A stretch of DNA of 64,000 nt from a virus: positions 4,731 to 68,730 of IMG/VR virus record IMGVR_UViG_3300028844_005445; one strand, 5' to 3'. The position numbers and the translations under genes are program-made. Below, piece after piece: positions 59,566 to 64,000 of this stretch. The notes beneath the pieces are model-generated. The model worked only from the letters and a program-made list of their open reading frames with translations, ran no database searches and was not told the origin of the DNA. The number at the start of each line of letters is the position of its first letter. Positions within the stretch are counted from its first letter, which is position 1.

Positions 59566-59849
59566 CTTGCTTGCTTTGCTTCTAGGTCTTTACGCTTATC
59601 GTCGCTTTTGGTCGCTTGATTTTGATTGTATTGTGACTTGGTTGTAGCTAATTTCTGACGAGCTGTTTGCACGTTCATGTCTGAATCATGCGCTTCATCT
59701 TCAGCTTTATCAGTATATTGCTTGTGTGCCTCAAGATCTTTCTTTTGTTCAGCATTGTCATCCTCCAATGGATCGCTTTCATCATCAGCTTCCAAAGCGA
59801 TTCCAAGTCGCTTATATTGATCTTCAATAATTTGTTCGAAACGTCTCAT
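59562..59849 (-). CDS. acidic late protein, CTS-like N-terminus
   Basis: ATAAATA upstream; MRRFEQIIE. Confidence 0.65.
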   Translation of the reverse strand: MRRFEQIIEDQYKRLGIALEADDESDPLEDDNAEQKKDLEAHKQYTDKAEDEAHDSDMNVQTARQKLATTKSQYNQNQATKSDDKRKDLEAKQAS

Positions 59850-59880
59850 GCTATTATTTATGCTGTAAACAAGGTTTTTT

Positions 59881-60438
59881 CTATATAAACACTTGTTTGT
59901 ATTGCTGATCTTCAAAAAATTTCTGTTTGATAGCCTTGAGACCCATCCGGTCGACGAATTTATACAGCTTGTACAGATCACGAGGCGTGCTGTTATCGAT
60001 AGAGCTCAACAGTTCTATTGCATCACCATCACGTGATTTGACACGTTCAGTCAATACATCGAATTCATCATCGTAAGTGATAGATTTTATACCCAGGATG
60101 TTTTTTAATTTATCAAATTGTTTCATCACGAAAACACTCAAGTCTGTGTTATTAGATATATATTTGTTCAACTCACCACGATTGATACACTCAGGGCAAA
60201 TCACAAAAACCGGTTGTTCGAGTTGAGATTTATTTTCAATTATGTATTGACACAAGCTATCTATTATGTAATGTGTAATCGCGCATGTAGCTGTTTTGGT
60301 AAAATCCAGACTATCCTCGATCAACAACTTCAAATCATACAACTCGTCGATGACGATTGACTCGACTCGCTCCTCGAATATAGTGTTATAGTTTATTAGA
60401 TTTAAGTTATATTGATCTACGACGGTATTCCTAAGCAT
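59881..60438 (-). CDS. hypothetical protein
   Basis: 185 aa ORF. Confidence 0.65.
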   Translation of the reverse strand: MLRNTVVDQYNLNLINYNTIFEERVESIVIDELYDLKLLIEDSLDFTKTATCAITHYIIDSLCQYIIENKSQLEQPVFVICPECINRGELNKYISNNTDLSVFVMKQFDKLKNILGIKSITYDDEFDVLTERVKSRDGDAIELLSSIDNSTPRDLYKLYKFVDRMGLKAIKQKFFEDQQYKQVFI

Positions 60439-60448
60439 GGCTTTTTAA

Positions 60449-60949
60449 TTATAACCACATTTTTCCCATTTGCAACATTTTGGTGTAATTTTCTTGAAAG
60501 AAAGTTTCAAAATTACAAATTATATATTGCTCTTTGTATATATGAAAACATTCCGGAAGTTCGAAATCTTCTAGATGTTCATGGGAGAAGACTACACACG
60601 TATCACAGTAGTTTATTTTGAATGTAAGAAACCATAACTTGGATGTATCTTTTGCTTGTGATATCCAGTCTTCGAGTTGCTTGTTTGTAGAAAACAAACT
60701 CTTCCATGAAAAGTCCTTGTATGTTTTACATTCTATTTTCATGTGATGAAGCTCTTCCGGTACAATCAGATCACCTTCTGTTAATAGCTGTTGACTCTTG
60801 GACAATCTAGCCAGCCGTTCTGAATTTTTACCACCTACAAACGCACCACTGTTAGGTACACGTTCGAAGTTTAAATTGAATATTTTAGATAATCTATCAG
60901 CAACCGCCCGTTCTCCTCGGTTTCCTTTGCTTTTACTAGCGCTAGGCAT
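60449..60949 (-). CDS. Hjc-like Holliday junction resolvase / PD-(D/E)xK nuclease
   Basis: SKSKGNRGER, PNSGAF, GDL, IECK. Confidence 0.8.
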   Translation of the reverse strand: MPSASKSKGNRGERAVADRLSKIFNLNFERVPNSGAFVGGKNSERLARLSKSQQLLTEGDLIVPEELHHMKIECKTYKDFSWKSLFSTNKQLEDWISQAKDTSKLWFLTFKINYCDTCVVFSHEHLEDFELPECFHIYKEQYIICNFETFFQENYTKMLQMGKMWL

Positions 60950-60957
60950 ACATTTAT

Positions 60958-61230
60958 TTACAATGACCTAGTCAGATTTCTACGCTGTATTTTGATATGC
61001 TCTTTTTTGACTTTTTTAGATTTCCGTTTCTTCTTCTTACGCTTTCTACGTTTTTTCTTACTACCTAACAGATCCGGTATTCTAGCATCTCCCGGAGCAT
61101 AAAAATCACTACCTCCTGGAAACATACCACCTTGGTCTCCACCCGCACCGAAAACACCATCTGCACCACCACTAGTCATGCCTATTTCTTCTTGTATTAA
61201 TCTGGTGAAATATTTGTTGAATAAACTCAT
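60958..61230 (-). CDS. small protein, CTS-like N-terminus and Lys/Arg-rich tail
   Basis: MSLFNKYFTRLIQEE; YAPGDARIP; poly-K/R. Confidence 0.7.
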   Translation of the reverse strand: MSLFNKYFTRLIQEEIGMTSGGADGVFGAGGDQGGMFPGGSDFYAPGDARIPDLLGSKKKRRKRKKKKRKSKKVKKEHIKIQRRNLTRSL

Positions 61231-61231
61231 A

Positions 61232-61260
61232 TTGATTATTGTATAAATATATACTATAAT
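61232..61260 (+). promoter_or_regulatory. nested sigma70 and late promoter
   Basis: TTGATT-17nt-TATAAT with TATAAATA (61242-61249) in the spacer. Confidence 0.65.
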
Positions 61261-61268
61261 AAGTATTT

Positions 61269-61664
61269 ATGGACACTCTTGAAAATTACATTATAGAACT
61301 TGAAAAAGATGTCAGATTGGATCAGTTTAACATAAGAGACTGTCAGATGAAATTACCAGCATACAAACATAAATGGGTAGGTAGACTCATGAGACATAAA
61401 CATGAAATTGTGAAACTGAATCAGCAAAAATATTTATTGAAAAAGAAAGTAGCTGAAAAAATACAGAATAGTACCACGTACAAAGTCACCAAACCTGTAG
61501 CGGAAAAAGCCGCAGCAAACCATGATAGTATTGTGGATATAACCCACCGTATAGAAGAATTAAATGTGTTGATCGAGTTTTTAGAAAAGGCTGAAAGAAT
61601 ATTATCAAGCATGACATATGATATAAAAAACCTAGTTGAGATCATGCGACTAGAAACAACGTGA
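61269..61664 (+). CDS. uvsY: recombination mediator (UvsY-like)
   Basis: D..LD...LP..KHKW...YDIKNLVE; adjacent to uvsW. Confidence 0.8.
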   Translation: MDTLENYIIELEKDVRLDQFNIRDCQMKLPAYKHKWVGRLMRHKHEIVKLNQQKYLLKKKVAEKIQNSTTYKVTKPVAEKAAANHDSIVDITHRIEELNVLIEFLEKAERILSSMTYDIKNLVEIMRLETT

Positions 61665-63091
61665 GTAAACTCATTCAGTTCGACTGGGAGCATACCAAAG
61701 GAGTTGCTACTATCAAATGTGAACCGGAATTGTTCGGTCATATAAGAGAACACTTCAGCGTACCTAACGATCAATATAGATTTCAAAGAAGATACGCTAG
61801 ATATACACCCAAACGGTTATATGCTATCACACCAACCGGTAGGTTTTCCCCCGGTATATTTTTTGAACTCAAACGATTTGTACAGGATACATACAAAGAT
61901 GTGGCGTTTACATACAATCAAAGATTTTTACAGAACATAAGACCTAGTTACAATATAAAAGATCTAGCTAGTCTCAAGTTGGATTTGAGAGAATATCAAC
62001 AAGACATAGTTAGACAATGTCTAAAGATAGGTAGAGGAGTTGTTGTTCTCGCTACAGCAGGTGGTAAAACACTCACAATGGCTTGCTTGATAGAAACCAT
62101 CTTTAAAAAAACGGATAAACCGGATCAATTCAAATGTCTTGTGGTTGTACCTACACTCAACTTGGTACACCAGACATGTCAAGATTTTCAAGATTATAAT
62201 GTATCATATAGTACATGTAAATGGACTGGTAACGAGCCGCTAGACCCTACAGCCAACGTGATTGTAGCAAATGTAGGTATATTACAAAGCTCAAAAACCG
62301 ATTTAGACTGGACAAAATATATTGACATGCTTGTTGTGGATGAAGTGCATATGCTACGTAAAGGTAACAAAATAAACAAACTAATCAAAGATATAATAAC
62401 ACCAAACAAGTTTGGCCTCACCGGTACATTACCAGAGCCCTTGTTAGATCAATGGAATATATTTGGCTTGATTGGACCTAAGTTATATGAGAAAAACAGT
62501 AAAGACTTAAGAGATGAAGAGTTTATAGGTAAGGTGAAAACCAAAATCATAAAATTAGAGCACGCACTCAAACCGGAACCATGCGAAAACCCTAACGACA
62601 AGTACCGTAAAGAGATAGAATTTATAACCAAGAGCGAGTTTAGAAACAAACTACTTGGGCGTTTGTGTAAAAACATTGATAATAACTGCTTGATAATGGT
62701 TGATTATATAGAACATGGTCAATTGATATATGATCAAGTATCAGAACAAAACCCAGACAAACAAGTGTATTATATCAGAGGCGATGTAGAAATTGATGAA
62801 CGAGAAAAAATCAGAGGCCTCATGGAAAAGAATAAAATATTTTCTACAGGAATAAACATTAAAAACTTACACTACATAATATTTGCCGGAGGGGGAAAAG
62901 CTAAAATTAAAATCATTCAAAGTATAGGTAGAGGTTTAAGATTGCATAAAGGTAAGAAAGAGCTTATAATTATAGATATAATGGATCAACTTAATTATGG
63001 TATAAGACACGGGGAAAAAAGAATGAATTTATATGATGAAGAAAAAATCAACTACAACATCTCAACCATCCAAGAAAAGAAAACGGGCTAG
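61661..63091 (+). CDS. uvsW: UvsW-like SF2 DNA helicase
   Basis: LREYQ, ATAGGKT, DEVH, GLTGT, FSTGINIKNLH, QSIGRGLR. Confidence 0.92.
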   Translation: MSKLIQFDWEHTKGVATIKCEPELFGHIREHFSVPNDQYRFQRRYARYTPKRLYAITPTGRFSPGIFFELKRFVQDTYKDVAFTYNQRFLQNIRPSYNIKDLASLKLDLREYQQDIVRQCLKIGRGVVVLATAGGKTLTMACLIETIFKKTDKPDQFKCLVVVPTLNLVHQTCQDFQDYNVSYSTCKWTGNEPLDPTANVIVANVGILQSSKTDLDWTKYIDMLVVDEVHMLRKGNKINKLIKDIITPNKFGLTGTLPEPLLDQWNIFGLIGPKLYEKNSKDLRDEEFIGKVKTKIIKLEHALKPEPCENPNDKYRKEIEFITKSEFRNKLLGRLCKNIDNNCLIMVDYIEHGQLIYDQVSEQNPDKQVYYIRGDVEIDEREKIRGLMEKNKIFSTGINIKNLHYIIFAGGGKAKIKIIQSIGRGLRLHKGKKELIIIDIMDQLNYGIRHGEKRMNLYDEEKINYNISTIQEKKTG

Positions 63092-63518
63092 TCGTAAGGA
63101 TACAAACACTTACGTTAACCAAGCTGAGTTCATGGAAGAGCTCAAGCAATATTACTCAAGTGACGTAATAAGTGAACAACTGGCTACATTTGTAAAAAAG
63201 ATAGCTGAAGGATTATCATATGCCCCTAATTTTATAAACTATACATACAAGGATGAGATGGTAGGTGATGCTATACTTAAAATGGTACAAGCATTAGAAC
63301 ATAAAAAATTTGATTTAGAAAATAGAGATAACCCGTTCGGTTACTTCACAACAATCGCTTTCCATGCATTTATAAATCGTATCAAAAAAGAGAAACGCCA
63401 ACGCCAAGCAATTAATGATTATCAAGAACAAGTATATCAAGAATTAATGACTAGTGAGGCAGAAAAGTCTGGTAACACCGTTTACATAGCGGATAATACA
63501 GACGACGATGATAGTTGA
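63033..63518 (+). CDS. late-transcription sigma factor (gp55-like)
   Basis: YVNQAEF, IAEGLSYAPNFINYTYKDEMVGDA, NPFGYFTTIAFHAFINRIKKEK. Confidence 0.92.
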   Translation: MMKKKSTTTSQPSKKRKRASRKDTNTYVNQAEFMEELKQYYSSDVISEQLATFVKKIAEGLSYAPNFINYTYKDEMVGDAILKMVQALEHKKFDLENRDNPFGYFTTIAFHAFINRIKKEKRQRQAINDYQEQVYQELMTSEAEKSGNTVYIADNTDDDDS

Positions 63519-64000
63519 TCAGTTTCAGTTCAAACAAGATCAAGTTTGTTGTATCTCTGATATACATATAGGGGTACATCAAAATAGTCAGATGTGGTTG
63601 GATATATCTGACACATGGTGTGATTGGTTGATAGAGACATTATCTTTTTATAAAATAAAGGATATAGTGATATGTGGTGATTTGTTTCACTACAGAGACG
63701 AAATAGCAGTAAACACCATGCACCATGTTTCTGATTTCTTGTTGAAGCTTCAAAAGTTTAACATAATAATGCTCGTGGGAAATCATGACGCGTTTTACAA
63801 GGATCGCTCTGATGTTAATTCTATGTCATTGTTACAAGGCTGGTCAAACATAGCTGTAGTACAAAACAATTTTCATTTGATGCAACATGGAGATACCAAA
63901 TTATGTTTTGTACCTTGGGGCGTTTCTGAAGAAACATTACCGCAGTGTGATATATTGTTCGGTCATTTTGAGATAGAGAATTTTTATTTGAATTCTAGTT
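63508..64000 (+). CDS. recombination endonuclease subunit (gp47/Mre11/SbcD-like), runs off the window
   Basis: SDIHIG, GDLFH, GNHD, VPW, GHFE metallophosphoesterase motifs. Confidence 0.9.
   Translation, partial: MIVDQFQFKQDQVCCISDIHIGVHQNSQMWLDISDTWCDWLIETLSFYKIKDIVICGDLFHYRDEIAVNTMHHVSDFLLKLQKFNIIMLVGNHDAFYKDRSDVNSMSLLQGWSNIAVVQNNFHLMQHGDTKLCFVPWGVSEETLPQCDILFGHFEIENFYLNSS

Noticed and set aside
233-62676. Numerous short antisense or overlapping ORFs in the track (e.g. 17215-17655, 27364-27837, 61421-61786)
   Set aside because: They are shadows of longer motif-bearing genes and have no promoter or motif support.
1-64000. CRISPR array, tRNA or rRNA genes
   Set aside because: No regularly spaced repeat-spacer pattern or cloverleaf seen; intergenic gaps are mostly under 130 bp and explained by promoters, terminators or remnants.
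1-64000. Stop-codon reassignment
   Set aside because: Core genes are intact under the standard code, and TAA, TAG and TGA all end genes.

Overview
This is a 64 kb, densely coded, AT-rich segment of a large T4-like (myovirus-type) phage using the standard genetic code. Recognisable core genes are nrdA/nrdB, a gp5-like baseplate spike, gp15-like tail terminator, DinG-like helicase, GroES-like co-chaperonin, gp62-like clamp loader, PhoH, an Hjc-like resolvase, UvsY, UvsW, the gp55-like late sigma factor and the start of gp47. Both T4-type late promoters ((T)ATAAATA) and sigma70 promoters are present; the sigma70 ones appear to drive leaderless mRNAs. Accessory content includes an ~18 kb glycan island (GalE, Gmd, eukaryote-type Fcl, glycosyl-, methyl- and sulfotransferases), a late-promoter APS-kinase-like gene, folE/queD/queE, an outer-membrane beta-barrel and a 3x repeat protein. 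A ~14 kb block encodes proteins with capsid-targeting-like N-termini, including ligase-like, HIGH-nucleotidyltransferase, nuclease-like and HEXXH enzymes. The most striking sequence-level signals are: (1) a sulfotransferase ORF inserted exactly ATG-to-stop between two perfect 31-bp direct repeats; (2) collapsed gene remnants and short deletions, including apparent ~27-38 nt losses in gp15, UvsW and PhoH that could be assembly errors; and (3) an excess of CCGG. All family calls come from motif recognition by eye; no searches were run.
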